A stretch of DNA of 64,000 nucleotides from Chrysomallon squamiferum. Its lineage: Eukaryota > Animalia > Mollusca. A program made the translations under genes and the position numbers. Below are positions 1 to 14,200 of this stretch, one piece after another. Positions within the stretch are counted from its first letter, which is position 1; every line of letters starts with the position of its first letter. The notes beneath the pieces were generated by a model. That model was not told the DNA's origin, did no database searches, and saw nothing but the letters and a program-made list of their open reading frames with translations. The DNA is taken from positions 20,150,001 to 20,214,000 of the forward strand of contig CM022677.1 of assembly GCA_012295275.1 (NCBI GenBank), in the 5' to 3' direction.

Positions 1-629
1 GGTATCTCTACCGTTTTAACTAGACATGAATTCAGTTATTATGTTAATTAGATATCTCTACTGTTTTAACTAGACATGAATTCTGTTATTATGTTAATTA
101 GGTATCTCTGCTGTTTTAACTAGAAATGAATTCAGTTATTATGTTAATTAGATATCTCTGCTGTTTTAACTAGAAATGAATTCGGTTATTATGTTAATTA
201 GATATCTCTGCTGTTTTAACTAGACATGAATTCGGTTATTATGTTAATTAGGTATCTCTACTGTTTTAACTAGACATGAATTCAGTTATAATGTTAATTA
301 GATATCTCTACTGTTTTAACTAGAAATGAATTCAGTTATTATGTTAATTAGATATCTCTACTGTTTTAACTAGACATGAATTCAGTTATTATGTTAATTA
401 GGTATCTCTGCTGTTTTAACTAGACATGAATTCTGTTATTATGTTAATTAGGTATCTCTCCTGTTTTAACTAGACATGAATTCAGTTATTATGTTAATTA
501 GATATCTCTACTGTTTTAACTAGACATGAATTCAGTTATTATGTTAATTAGATATCTCTACTGTTTTAACTAGAAATGAATTCAGTTATTATGTTAATTA
601 GGTATCTCTGCTGTTTTAACTAGACATGA
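1..629. repeat. 40-bp tandem minisatellite, ~15.7 copies, truncated at the window edge
   Basis: Unit g[ga]tatctct[ag]ctgttttaactaga[ca]atgaattc[agt]gttattatgttaatta recurs every 40 nt with no unique spacers. Confidence 0.97.
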
Positions 630-849
630 TCTCTAGAAAAGTTTTTTCTCAGATTAAAAGTGATTCAAATAAATACAGTTCTGATTAGTTGTTGGTTCTG
701 ATGTAAGCTATGAGATGCTGTACTCTCAGTGATTTTTAAGACAACTTGATAAAAATTAAAACTGTCCTGACACTACATCATTCCTGATAAAACCTGAAAC
801 TTGCTGGGCCTCATTTTTTATTTTTTTAAATGCAATGTGTGCGTGCATG

Positions 850-885
<36 letters not shown>

Positions 886-1821
886 GTGTGTGTGTGTGTT
901 TGATTTGTATTTTGGAATATGTTTGTGTATGTTTATGCAGATTATTTATACACACACACACACACACACAAACACATGAAATTATACACACACACACATA
1001 CATACATACATCTATATGACCTTTGTCCTTGTCAGCAGTGTACACAACAGTTCTATTCTCTGTGTGATAAATAAACACAAACACATCAGAGGCTCTTTTA
1101 AGGATAACAGAACTATTTTAATTAGTGTACATAACGGGAAAGAGTGGCATTCCGAACATGTATGCATTGTTTTCTAAATCTAGAAAATATTTCAAAAATG
1201 ACAAAGAGTAATTATGTTAATTAGTCAGCATCAGAGTTTTGCTCTCAATATAGATATATATCTCAAAGAGAAACAAAAGAAAGCTGAGGAAGGAATGTCA
1301 TGAATCTGATAACTGTGTTCTGACTAGGGACAAACATAATTTATTGTGTGTCCTAGTGACATATGCATTGTATCCACCACCTGTGTCTGTTATATGTGTG
1401 TGTATGTGTGCATGTGTATGAGTGTGCATGTGTATGAGTGTGCATGCACGTGTATATGTGTGTATGTGTGTGTGCATGTGTATAATTTTATGCATGTGTC
1501 TGTGTGCCTGTCTGTGTGTGCATATGTACATGTGTGTATGTGTGTGATTGCATGTGAATGTATGTGTGTGTGAGTATTTGTTAATGTGTGTGTGTGTGTG
1601 TTTATGTGAGTGGGGGTATGTCTATACTGTTATTTTTGTGCATGTCTGTAAAAAGTATAAATAACAACAACAACAACAACTACGACAACAACTGTTGCTA
1701 CAGCCATAATAATTATTATAATTATCAGTATGAGCATCAACACAAGTTTGAAGATTTTGCTTCCAGTGAAATATTAACCTGATATAGAAAGAGAGACAAA
1801 GACAGAATAGCAGTTAAAGAC

Positions 1822-1864
<43 letters not shown>

Positions 1865-1870
<6 letters not shown>

Positions 1871-2065
1871 CAGGAACAAAATTAACATAAAAAAAATAAC
1901 TAATAAATAATTAAATTTAAAAAAAAATCTCCAGATTCACTGAAACAAAAAACAAAATTACAACACACACTGCTAATTGTGCTAACTATGTGAGATGTTG
2001 ACTGCGGGGTTAAAGGTCGTGTGTCGTGTTATTTGTGGGTGAGAGGTGACAATTGGCAACGATGT
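1865..2065. repeat. ~200-bp dispersed direct repeat, copy 1 (copy 2 at ~11913-12101)
   Basis: Both copies share gagaggcaggaacaaaattaacataa...ttcactgaaacaaaa...gctaactatgtgagatgttgactg.ggggttaaaggtcgtgtgtcgtgttatttgtgggtgagaggtgacaattggca. Confidence 0.9.
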
Positions 2066-2509
2066 GAAAGCTGCAGTATGTCATGTGTTTTAAACAGTGA
2101 GCCATGAGAAACACTGAGTATGTCACATCCTTCGTATTGTCTTAAAACATTCCACAAGTAAATCTGTCTTAAAATTTTTTATTTTAAAATGTTAAAGTAC
2201 TGACTTAAACACCCTTCATTATTATAATATTATTATTATTTATTGTTATTATTATTATTGCTGTTATTATTTACTTGTTTTTTTCTTTTTTTCTTTGTTT
2301 ATTTATTTGTTACTTTTATTATTATTATTAAGATTATTATTATTATTACTAAGATTATTATTAGTAGTAGTTTTGTTAATATAGTAACAATATTTTTATT
2401 TATTTTTGATTAATTTAAATAATATTGAAGAAATAAGATATATCTGAATTTGTTAAAGCCTTGGGCAAAATATTATGACTAACAGAGAAATGAATGAATA
2501 TATGTACAC

Positions 2510-3200
<691 letters not shown>

Positions 3201-3763
3201 GGGTCACAGTCAATGAAACATTATCAATAATGTACTGATAAATGAAACTCATGTACATACTGATACTTTTTATTGATAATTTAGAATCACTAACAGCTTT
3301 TATAAATTAAAAAAAAAACATTATTGAATTGTATGTAGTTAGAGCTTGGCACATTTTTCAGTGATGGTACACTCCCTGTCCTCAATAAAAAAAATATATA
3401 AAGAATAAAACAGATAACTTTTAAAATAATCCTGGGTGACCAAAACATACCAATAATCAGTGTAATACACACTATAATTTGCGAATACCAATCATAACAT
3501 GACTGTCAAACTTCATTATTAGGAAAGTTTAGACCTTTAGCATAAATAAAATAACATTCAGGCCTTATGTTATATTATCAGAATAATTGTTATACTTTCT
3601 TATTTGAAAACATTTGCCAGTAGGGAAAATAAAAATGATACATCAGGCACATGAAATAACAGACAGGCAGAAATACACACACACACATTCACAAACATAT
3701 ATGAAATATATAAAAAGACACACCCACAAAAATACAAACTTAGTAATAATAACAATAACAACA

Positions 3764-3801
<38 letters not shown>

Positions 3802-3876
3802 GTAATAAACAAAAAAAACTTACCATTATAAAAGCTGAGGTGCACCTAACAATTCTAAAAATTACCACATTCCTCT

Positions 3877-3890
3877 GTTGCCATGGTAAC
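3877..3890. promoter_or_regulatory. RFX X-box motif GTTGCCATGGTAAC
   Basis: Near-perfect match to the palindromic X-box consensus GTTGCCATGGCAAC; lies ~50 nt upstream (minus strand) of an ATG|GTAAGT at 3826-3818. Confidence 0.5.
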
Positions 3891-5431
3891 AGCAATTATT
3901 ATTATTATTATTATTAATTTTTTTTTTTTTTTTTAATAATAACTTTTAATGAGTTTTGAGTAAGGTTTGAGCAGCAGCAGCAGCAGCAGAAAAAAGGAAC
4001 TTTTACAAGACCCGACTTCGGGCTGAGTAGTTCTATAATCTGTGATGGTAAACACACACTGTGACCACACCCCACGAAAAGGCACGTAAGGTCAAAATAT
4101 GGTCGAAATGGTTTTGTTGTGTACAAATTTTTCATAGAATGAATGGACTGCAGTCTTTTAGAAACTACACCTTTTATATAAATAAATAATAATAAAAAAA
4201 AAAATGATGATAATAATAAATAAAACTGCTAAAGAAACTTAATATATATACAATATTTGAATAAGAATAATGTGTTTTTTCCTCAACAGTGATTTTGAAT
4301 TATGTCGAGTCTGAGTATTAAGTGCTGCACCGAGGCACCTTTTTGCTTGACGAGTCACAAATGGTTTCCACTGATTAGAAAGTGTCTAATTAAAAGAGTC
4401 ACAGAAACAAGCATGAGGCTCCACATGGGTGGGTGGGTACAAGCTGTCCAGTATATGAATAAAATGTAAAAAAAAAATTGAAGTGAAGTTGGTAAAGAAA
4501 TTGGTGAGGCTGGAAATGGATGGGAACTGTCTGTATTACAATATAATAATATATAAACTATATATATATTTATATGACAAAAAAAAAATAAAAAAATATG
4601 TGGGGCTTCTGAAAAATGGTAGTTACAGGTCTTGTGTAAGTAATAATTATAGGAAATATATCCAGAGAACAAAAAAAGAAGAGCTAAAAATATAAGGGTG
4701 AAATAAATTTGAAAAAAAAAAAACACCAACAAAAAAACACCCCAAAAATCTTGATGTGTTAAAAAAAGGTTTGCTGACAGAAAAATGTTGAAAAATAAAT
4801 TGATGAGGCTCTAGTAGGGTGGGTTATGGTTGAGTAGTTGAGAAGAAATAACAGACAAATGTTATTAAGATTAATCCTATGGGTGGAGGAACTGTTTGTT
4901 AATAGTAGTTTGAAGAAGAAGAAGAAGAAGAAGAAGAAGGAAAAAGAAAATGAAAAAAAAAGAAAAAAAGCAGAGAAAAAGAAGAATGAAGAGAGAAAGA
5001 AAAGAAAACAAGAAAAAAGAAGCAATAAGAATTAGAAGAAAAGAAGAAGAAGAAGAAAGAAAAAGGATAAGGATTGTGATATGCTTGACAGATTATGTTA
5101 GGCGGCTATGCCTCACTGATTATCTACAGCAGGTGGGCGTTTGATACGCATGACTGGCTGTCTCAGGTGGAGGGGGGTCATCCTCATCTCTTTCTCCTTC
5201 CTTTCAGCCTAACACTTTTATTTACTTGTTTATTACTGGCAGAGTTTTTTGTATCTACATACACAGCAGATTCTTTTCATCAAACGTAAAACTGTGGGTT
5301 TTTTTTTTTATTATTATTGTGCTCTCACACACACAGACTCACAAAACTGTGGTATGTACTTAATGTGTACAGTATCATTTCAAAATAACTGACTCATGTA
5401 CAAACCTTTCCCTGTTTCTTATCATTTATTT

Positions 5432-5479
<48 letters not shown>

Positions 5480-6409
5480 TGTTCTTGCTGGGGTGTCATC
5501 ACACATCCATTCATTCATTCTGTAATCTTTCTGTTTTCTGTAACTCATTTCTTTCATGAATGGAAAAATCTTAAGTACAGCAAATATTCACTAACACACT
5601 AAGAAAAAACAAAACAACGACAACAAATACTGATATTACTAAATGGTTATCTAAATTATATCTTTCTCTCTGGTTTAACAATCTATAATCTTTGTCTTTT
5701 CTGGCATTTTATTGATAAACTATTGTAAATATTGATACAATTTTACAAGTACAACAGAAAAACAATAATATTGATGTTACTGTAAATACTCAGTTTTGCT
5801 CTCTCTCTCTCTCTCTCTCTTATCTTAATCTGTAATCTTTCTGTTTTCTGTCAGTTTATTGACAAACAGCATTAAGCCTTGTAAATATTGATATGATTTT
5901 ACAAAACAATAGTAAAAAAAAAGAACATAAACATTGATGCAACAGCACACAGTTGTACCAATATTTGACTTACTGTACAAACATAAATACAAATATTTAA
6001 ACTAATCATTATCAGTACAAAACAAAATAAAGTCAATATGGCACTCATGAAAAGGTACCGGTATCAACATACAACATAAGATAAATATATAAACTAAATG
6101 TTGTTAGTAAAATGTGGATTAAATTAGACAACATTACACTACATGGAACTAACCATGAAATACCACTAAAACGTAAAATAAATATTTAAATTAGATGTTT
6201 CTGTGTGCTAGCAAAATGTAAATGAAAAAAGGCAACAGTGTGTTGTTACTGGTTTCTTCACTAACATATTATTTTGTGTCTGTTAAGTAAAATCTCCTTC
6301 TTTACTTGAATTGTTTATTTTATATTTTCATATGTTTAAGTACTGAGTAGGTCTTGATGAAGAAAATTAGAAAATCCTTTGCTGGATAAATGATAATGAT
6401 GATATTAAA

Positions 6410-6498
<89 letters not shown>

Positions 6499-6879
6499 TA
6501 ACAATAACAATAATAATAATTATAACAATATAAATATTTAAATTAAATGCAACCAGTACAAAGTGAATACAAAGGCAATATTCTATGAAACAGACTATAT
6601 ATTTTCAATAATATTAGATATTAATTTTTAGATATAAAGAAGAATATTATTAATTCTATAAACATATTCGACAACGTTCAAAAAAGAAATACTTAATATT
6701 TTTATTTATTGATGCTATGAAGCTAGACCCTATACAGCCTCAATAAAGTGTAACCTACACTATTCGATTTTTTATTTTTATTTATTTTTTGTATTTTATT
6801 TTTTTTCTTCAGGAGAAACAATCCATATATAGCTTCAAATAACATAGTATCAGTCTTTTTACCTGGTGAGTGCTAAAAT

Positions 6880-7200
6880 GTTCCAGAGCCTCATTTAACA
6901 ATTAAACAACAATGTTTTTCAGAACAGGATCTCCATATGGAACCTCACCTGACATCTAAAGACTAACCTTACTGTTTCACATCTGTATTGTTTGTCCATA
7001 AAGTATCAAATGACAGCAGAACTAACTGTATACTGAACAGGTCCATGTAGAGCCTGAAATGACAACACTGCACTAACGTTGTGACTTCTCCCATAAATGT
7101 TGAACCCATCAATCTAGAGCCTCAAATGACAAACTAGTGTAACATTATTGTTTCTGAGTGCTGAACCCGTCCATTTAGAGCCTCAGATGACAAGCGGGTC
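6880..7200. repeat. Degenerate ~60-65-bp tandem repeat
   Basis: The core agagcct[cg]a[ag]atgacaa...actaac recurs about five times. Confidence 0.6.
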
Positions 7201-8555
7201 TAATGTCCATTGTTTTTCTTCACCAGACTGAGATAAGCTTTGTTCTCAGAGCAGCAACAGGATAGGATGAAGAAACAGAACACCAGAGAATGTTCAAACA
7301 CTGATTGCACTGGCGTGCGTTTCTGATAACACCACATTTGTTAGTGTACACGAAGATACATGTGATTATTATACACACACAGGCATAAACCTGCACATAC
7401 ATGCACACAGTCACACACGTGTATTAATGAACAGAACAGGTAAACACACACGGAGAAATACACACACACATAGAAATACATATATATACACATATACACA
7501 TACACACATAGATACATACATGTGTATGAATGTAAATATATCTATATGTGCACAAATACATGTATGGTAGTTATTTTTCATACCTTCTTTGTCTTTTTAA
7601 AAAAATAAAAAATAAAAAATAAAACACACAGTATTTCAAAGGTTGAAAATAACTTGTAACCAGTCTAGCACCTAACCTTTGACCTCAAGTCTATTTTCCA
7701 CTTAAAAAAAAAAAAAGTGTAAGATAAATGTCATTAATTAGTAAGATGAAAATAACTATTTTATCTAAAAAAATGGGAGTGGTGTCTACATAGTTTCTAC
7801 ATAGTTTACACATTAGTTGTGTTTAACTATATCAAGATACATGGCAGGTCACAATACCCATCCTACTAACTCAGTGGATTATACTGGATAATATCCTGTT
7901 CCAAACTGGCTCCAGTAACTATTTTATTTTTTAAATCTGACACGCTAGGAGTATTAGCCTTACATAACTTATATTAAAATGCACTGTCATTAATTAAACT
8001 GTCATAAAACAGCAGCATCGTAAGATCAATTCAATACGGAGATACTTTGTGCCATAACCTGTTCTAACCTGGGTATCATAAATTCTTATCTCACAAGGTA
8101 AATTTCCACTCCTTGACCCATTAGATTATTTCCTGTTATAAACAGTGTCTCCTAACTTGAGTATCAAGTATTATGATAACATGCCTAGATGGATGTGGAC
8201 AGGAAAGTACATGCAGAATATTATCCAGTAGCAATTAGACAATGTGCAAAGTCCATGCCACTGAACATACAAAAATGTATAGAGATAAAAAAAAAAAAAG
8301 AGAAATAATCCACCCCCATTAGTTTAATGACATCTGTTATCTGCAAATTAGTAAAATGCACTAATTAACTTACCATCGTCAACAGCTGAATATCAGACAT
8401 GTTGTGTTTGCTGACAACATTAAAATAAATTAATTTTCAGTCAGTGGAGATACACCATCTGTTTAGTGATCTCGCTAGAAAATTATTACTCCTGATGAAA
8501 CATCTTTTAATTAAAATCTCGGTATTGTTATAGTAAATAAAATCACAGAAACACA

Positions 8556-8589
<34 letters not shown>

Positions 8590-8730
8590 TATAGTCAATC
8601 TGCGTACAGTATAATAAATAAAATCACAGAAACACAGTATATATATATATCATAGTCAATCTGTGTACAGTACAGTAAATAAAATATTCATGAGCATCTA
8701 ATGGTGTCATGTGATATTTCAATCAACAGC

Positions 8731-9017
8731 TGTATGGTCTGTATCATATAGGGATATATTACATACAAGCTTTATTTCACATGTGATTATGTATCACTTG
8801 TATGGTCTGTATCATATAGGGATATATTACATACAAGCTTTATTTCACATGTGATTATGTATCACTTGTATGGTCTGTATCATATAGGGATATATATTAC
8901 ATACAAGCTTTATTTCACATGTGATTATGTATCACTTGTATGGTCTGTATCATATAGGGATATATATTACATACAAGCTTTATTTCACATGTGATTATGT
9001 ATCACTTGTATGGTCTA
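8731..9017. repeat. 68-70-bp tandem repeat, ~4.2 copies
   Basis: tgtatggtct... starts at 8731, 8799, 8867, 8937 and 9007. Confidence 0.95.
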
Positions 9018-9184
9018 TTACTTGTCAGACAGATTTAGGTGTATATATATATTTAGTATAAGTTTGTTTGCTTGTTTTTTTTTCTCTTCCTGTCTGTGTG
9101 TGTGTTTAATGGATCATTGGGCATTCTATGTCAAGTACTTACATAATAAAATACATGTTTGTTTACTTTTTCCACCCCTTCTCT

Positions 9185-9236
<52 letters not shown>

Positions 9237-9523
9237 GTGTACATGTGTTTGTATTTACACACACTACATTCTGTAATAAGTAGATTTATACAGGTGTGCA
9301 ATATGCACAAACACAGCTAATCTAAGTCAAACAAATTATGTAGAGTGTCACACAGACTGTAACCAGCGTAACACACACATACAGAAACCATAATCTGTAA
9401 CATGTATACTGTAACCTACATCACAAAGTATACATAAATCTGTAACAAGAACCGCATACCCACAGACAATGTGACCAGCACCACAAACAGTAACCAACAT
9501 CACACATATTGTAAACATAATCT

Positions 9524-9557
<34 letters not shown>

Positions 9558-9860
9558 AACCAGTACATCTGTAACTACATCACACATGTACAATAACCAG
9601 TCTGTGACTATAGTCTGTACACACAGACACACAGACAGACAGACACACACACACACACTGTAACCACAATCAGTAATCAATTCAGAATATTTCATTTCTG
9701 ACCATGTGTGTCACGCGTGAACATTATTTCTAAAGGACGCAAATAAACCAAGCCAAACCCAAACACAACAGAAACATTTAGTTAGTTCATCTCTATGGCA
9801 ACAGTAACCACCCACCAATCACAGGTTAAGAAACCATCACCATGACAACACGAAGCTTAC

Positions 9861-11203
9861 CTTCAAGCTTCTTTTTCTTCCGTGTCTGTGATTCTGTTAG
9901 TATAGAAATGTTTTTTGTGGTTTAAAATTTGTAATACCTTCTACCAGAAAACGAAGAGAGAGAAATAAATTCTGTAAACAGCTGAGATTTGAACTGACAT
10001 CAATTTCAATGTTATTCTTACAGGGAGGCGTCTTACTGGTTACTCCTACGAATGTGTTATGCAGGTTACCCCATCTGACTTTTCAAAGGTTATTCCTAAT
10101 AATATTACTGAAATTATACCTATATTCAAAAATTAATTAAATATTGTAATATGGGTTACTCCTACTGATATATTATAGGTTACTCCTACTGATATACTAT
10201 AGGTTACTCCTACCTATATGCCCAACTTAATCCTCCTGACAATTCAACTGTTTGTAACATGGATTGCTCCTACCGACGTACTATAGGTTACTCTTACTGA
10301 CATTATACAGGTCACTCCTACGTATTATTCCACAGTTAATCCTCCTGATAATACAAGTGATATAACATGTGTTACTCCTACTAAACTCTTACTGATACTG
10401 AATGGTCTACTCCTACCTACATCTTCCATATGCCATCTATTTAGGAATCATCCCATATTAACAAATAATATCAGGTAATTTAAAATCAATCCATCAGTAA
10501 CAACAAGAAAAATAAAAGTTTAAGTCATGCCTACCATCCCATCACAGAGATTTGATCCTGGTAAGCACCAGACATCACACTGTCTTACGTAAACCTTTCA
10601 CACCCACTGCACTAAAATGGTATAACCCACTGACCTCTATTACTAAGTCCTCCCTCTCCATGGTGACTGCAGAGCGGTGTTTTCTATTGGGTGAGGTTGA
10701 CCTCTTTATTGTGCTTGGACTGGATTCGTGCCTGGATCTGAAAATGTTTTATTTTAAAAAATCAACAATAAATGAATCAATCAATCAATCAGTATATATA
10801 TATAATTATGCAGATTAAGAAGATTTCAGGGAGGATAGAGAATTATGTTGGCTACTATACCATCTGGAAGTCACTTGTGGGAATGAGTAGGGAAAATGAT
10901 ATATATTTTATATGTGTGTGTGTGTGTGGCTGTGCATGCAATAATAAATTGATATCAAAATTTGAGATATTAATTAATTATTAAAGGATTTATGTAGTTT
11001 TGTATAGATTACAGATATAATTGTTTATCTGTATGATACTGATATGTCTACTGTGTGAATTTCATCATAACATTTGTCAATTCATATTATCGTGTGTTTA
11101 ATTGATGCATTATGTATACTCACCTAATTGCGCACACAGACATAAACACATACATAAGCACACACATAAACACATATACACACAAATATTTATACATTCA
11201 TAA

Positions 11204-11235
<32 letters not shown>

Positions 11236-14200
11236 AAACAGATAATAGCTGTATATAAACATACATGTTCATCAAACAACTGATCTTTATAAATACAGAC
11301 ACACACACACACACACATTCTAGATACAGATGCTAAAACACATAAATATACTCAAAACCTCACCTCCCACAAACACAGACACACACACTTACTCACGACC
11401 TGAATGTAACATTAAAACTGTTTTAACCATATAAACATTCATCCATTACAGGCAAAAATTTCTTACACGTTTCCACTTTTTGGCAGCTTCCCAGCTAAAT
11501 CTTCGAGACTGGCTATTGCGAGATCCCGTTCCGACTTGAGCTGATTCAGCTGTCTGAGTGCGACATCGCGTTCCTCGACAGCCTTCGACTTCTCTCGCAA
11601 AACTGCGTCGCGTTCCTTGAGAGCGAGTTCAAACCCTAACTGTAGCGCTTGTGTGGGTTTATCATCTCCTTCGGCATCTGCATAAATAAATAAACAAATA
11701 AATAAATAAATAAATAAACAAACAAACAAATAAATAAACAAATAAATAAACAAATAAATAAATAAATAAATAAAAAAATAAATAAATAAAATAAATAAAC
11801 AAATAAATAAATAAATAAATAAACAAACAAAAAAAATAAATAAGTTAATTAAATAAGTAAGTAGACAGAATGACAGAAAGAAAAAAATGAAGTACAGAAA
11901 GAGAGAGAAACGGAGAGGCAGGAACAAAATTAACATAACAATTAACTAATAAATAATTAATTTTACAAAAAACCTCTGGTTTCACTGAAACAAAACAAAA
12001 AATGACAACACAAACTGCTAACTATGTGAGATGTTGACTGAGGGGTTAAAGGTCGTGTGTCGTGTTATTTGTGGGTGAGAGGTGACAATTGGCAGTGATG
12101 TAAATTAATATAAATAAATAAATAAACAAATAGGTAAATAAATAAATAAATAAACAAACAAAAAATAAATAAGTAAATTAATAAGTAAGTAGATGAAGCA
12201 TTCACAAATTAATATAAATAAATAAATAAATATATAAACAAATAAATAAATAAAGTAATAAATAAAGTAATAAATGAATAAATGGTAAATAGATTTATTA
12301 ATAGGTAAATAAGATACAAACAGATGAAGCAATAAATAAAAAATATAATGAAAAAAAATGCATTAATCGATAAACAACTTTTATGAGTAAATACAAGTAA
12401 ATGTATAAATAACAAGAATGTTGGTAAATACAAAAAGTAATTAAGTATGTAAATAAATAACAAGTATGTGTATGTAATTAAATAAAAAGGTAAGTAACAA
12501 AGTAAATAAATAAATAGTTTAACTGTACTGGTAGCATTAATTAATAACAATTAATACAATATTCAAAACTAAATAAATAAATAAAATATGTATTTATGTA
12601 TATATATGTATGTATGTGTTTGCATGATTCAAACATTTTCTATCAGAAATAAAGATATATTCTCAAAAAGTATATTTATTGAAAGTTTAATTTGTGTTTA
12701 ATAAAATGGATCTTAAAAAGTATATTGCAGGATTCAAAACTGTACTTTTGTCATCAGGAATATAGATATATTTTCAACAAATATGTTTTACTGAAATTTG
12801 TATGATTAAAACATGGATTACTATATGAAACATACATATATTGTCAAAAAGTATATTGTATTGAAATGTCTAACACTTTAGTATCTAAAATACAGATACA
12901 TTCTCAGAATATACACTTCACTGAAATTTGCATGATTAAAAAGTAGCTTTACCACCTGAAATACAGGTAATATATATTATAAATGTTTTTAACAATAAAG
13001 TATTTTTGAATTTGTTTAAGTGGCACTTGACAGGTATCAATCTAAATTCTGAGCACTGAATTCAATACACAAACATGGTAATTTGAAAAATAAACACATA
13101 ATAGAACGATCTTTCTAAACGGAGTCAGTTTCAATCCTTAAACATGCGTGTTCATTTTGCTGCTCAAATAAAGAATGTTTTGTACCCGTCAAACAACCTG
13201 CTGACATGACACACTTCTCTTTTAAAACTTTTTTTATTACTAACAATAGCAGTATTACTATCACTACTTTTACTATCACTATTTTATCTGTTACTACTTT
13301 TGTTACAATTACCAGTTTTATTATTACAGTTATTACTTTTATTACTAGTATTATGTTTATTATTACTACCATTAGTAGTATTATTACTATTCCTTTTCTT
13401 ATCACTATTACAATTAATGTCACCAATTTTATTACTATTACCATTTCTATCTTTGCACAGTTTTTTGCTATTATTACCACTATTAAGACTACTACTATTA
13501 TAATTATTGCTTCTGCTTTCACTCTGGTACTATTTTCATGTTTTATTTCTATTATTACTGCTTATACGGCTAAAGGTAAATATTAATAATATATGCAGGT
13601 AAGTGAAACATTAATATAATAATATACAGGTAACTAATAAGGTATGCATAAATATAATAATATGCAAGAAAATAATAACAGAAAGATGAATAATAATAAG
13701 ATACATTTTTAGGTAAATAATAATACTATTCATTCAGATAGGTAAAACTCTGAGCTATGTAAATTTAATCAAATGAAGGTGAATAATAATTTACTGCAGA
13801 TATAATAAAATACAGGTAACTAATAAGGTATACATAAATATAATAATGTGCAGATAAGTGAAACAGCCTACTAATAATGAACGTGCAAATTTAATAACAT
13901 AGAGGTGAATAATAATTTACCTGTAGACAATATAATATATACAGGTAGCTAATAATGTATACATAAGTATAATAATATGCAAGTAAATAGTAACAAAGGT
14001 AAATATTAATAAACACATATAGGTAAATATTAATAATACAGGTAAATTTACGACTGTCGCTCTCCTCCTGCTATTAACTCGTTGTTTACCTGTAAATATG
14101 TCACAAATCCTGTTTTCAGAAGAGGTCAACACAAACGCACTGCACTTAAATCTGTTTCACCGTTATTATTTCTAGTCAAACATTCAGAGAGAAAAAACAC

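Noticed and set aside
1-629. Regular 40-bp array as a CRISPR
   Set aside because: Units are contiguous with no unique spacers, there are no cas genes, and the context is eukaryotic.
7220-7414. Minus-strand ORF as another exon of the CARD gene
   Set aside because: Weak donor in a phase that does not match neighbouring exons, and no recognisable peptide.
13115-13586. Hydrophobic or Thr/Ile-rich ORFs on both strands
   Set aside because: Degenerate (ATT/ACT)n low-complexity tract with no convincing splice sites or domain.
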